Under the pieces are notes generated by a model that ran no database searches, was not told the DNA's origin, and saw only the letters and a program-made list of their open reading frames with translations. From positions 1 to 7,996 of the IMG/VR virus record IMGVR_UViG_2609459791_000005: DNA of 7,996 bases; one strand, given 5' to 3'. This document shows, piece by piece, positions 6,620 to 7,996 of this stretch; positions within the stretch are counted from its first letter, which is position 1, and the number at the start of each line of letters is the position of its first letter. Both the position numbers and the translations under genes were made by a program. Source of the stretch: a virus. Lineage: Duplodnaviria > Heunggongvirae > Uroviricota > Caudoviricetes.

Positions 6620-6828
6620 TATTGTGAGTCTAACTGGTTAGTTGCCATGAGATATTCGATTGTGTCAGTGAGGTCATCCAGGTCGTCTTGGGTGATGCGG
6701 TACTCCTGATTGGATATCTTTGAGTAGTGTTCAGCAATGGCGCGGGCTGCGTCGGTTTCGGCAGGGTCTACAGATAAAGCGTTAGAGCAATGTCTAACGT
6801 CGTCGATGGTTGGTTGAATGAAAGCCAT
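6619..6828 (-). CDS. coi: Coi, C1 inactivator
   Basis: 69-aa acidic ORF immediately upstream of c1 on the same strand. Position and length match recalled P1 coi. Confidence 0.8.
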   Translation of the reverse strand: MAFIQPTIDDVRHCSNALSVDPAETDAARAIAEHYSKISNQEYRITQDDLDDLTDTIEYLMATNQLDSQ

Positions 6829-6947
6829 AATTATGCCTCACTGTATTGACAACACAGAGCCTGAAGCTCTGACCTACTGTTTCACCCATGATCCATGCTG
6901 GGGTAATCTAACAACGTTGCGCTGTGTGTAAGATGAGCAATGCATAG

Positions 6948-7996
<1,049 letters not shown>

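Noticed and set aside
6925-6941. Minus-strand ATTGCTCATCTTACACA as a full C1 operator upstream of coi
   Set aside because: Only the ATTGCTC half matches the consensus. It is mentioned as context for the IS5 insertion but not annotated as a feature.

Overview
This window reads as a segment of a P1-type phage-plasmid. From left to right it carries the phd-doc addiction module, two post-doc genes (a small HTH-like ORF and a 347-aa Cys/His-rich HNH-like protein), the late-gene activator lpa behind a C1-operator-like site, and the pacA-pacB packaging operon with the pac site (4+3 TGATCA/G hexamers) inside pacA. It then runs into the convergent immC unit (coi-c1, minus strand) and an IS5-family element cut by the window end. 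The most unusual feature is that pacB keeps only its N-terminal ATPase part (about 196 codons). Its 3' half is replaced by an immI-type cassette: a 73-aa icd-like ORF coupled by an ATGA overlap to a 372-aa ORF6N+KilAC antirepressor with a nested in-frame second start. The cassette ends at a bidirectional terminator shared with c1 and shows no recognisable operator or antisense-RNA gene of its own. Other points are the IS5 insertion 119 bp upstream of coi, a TTGACATG motif recurring at three regulatory positions, and eight Chi octamers. All identifications rest on reading the sequence and on recalled protein families; no database search was run.
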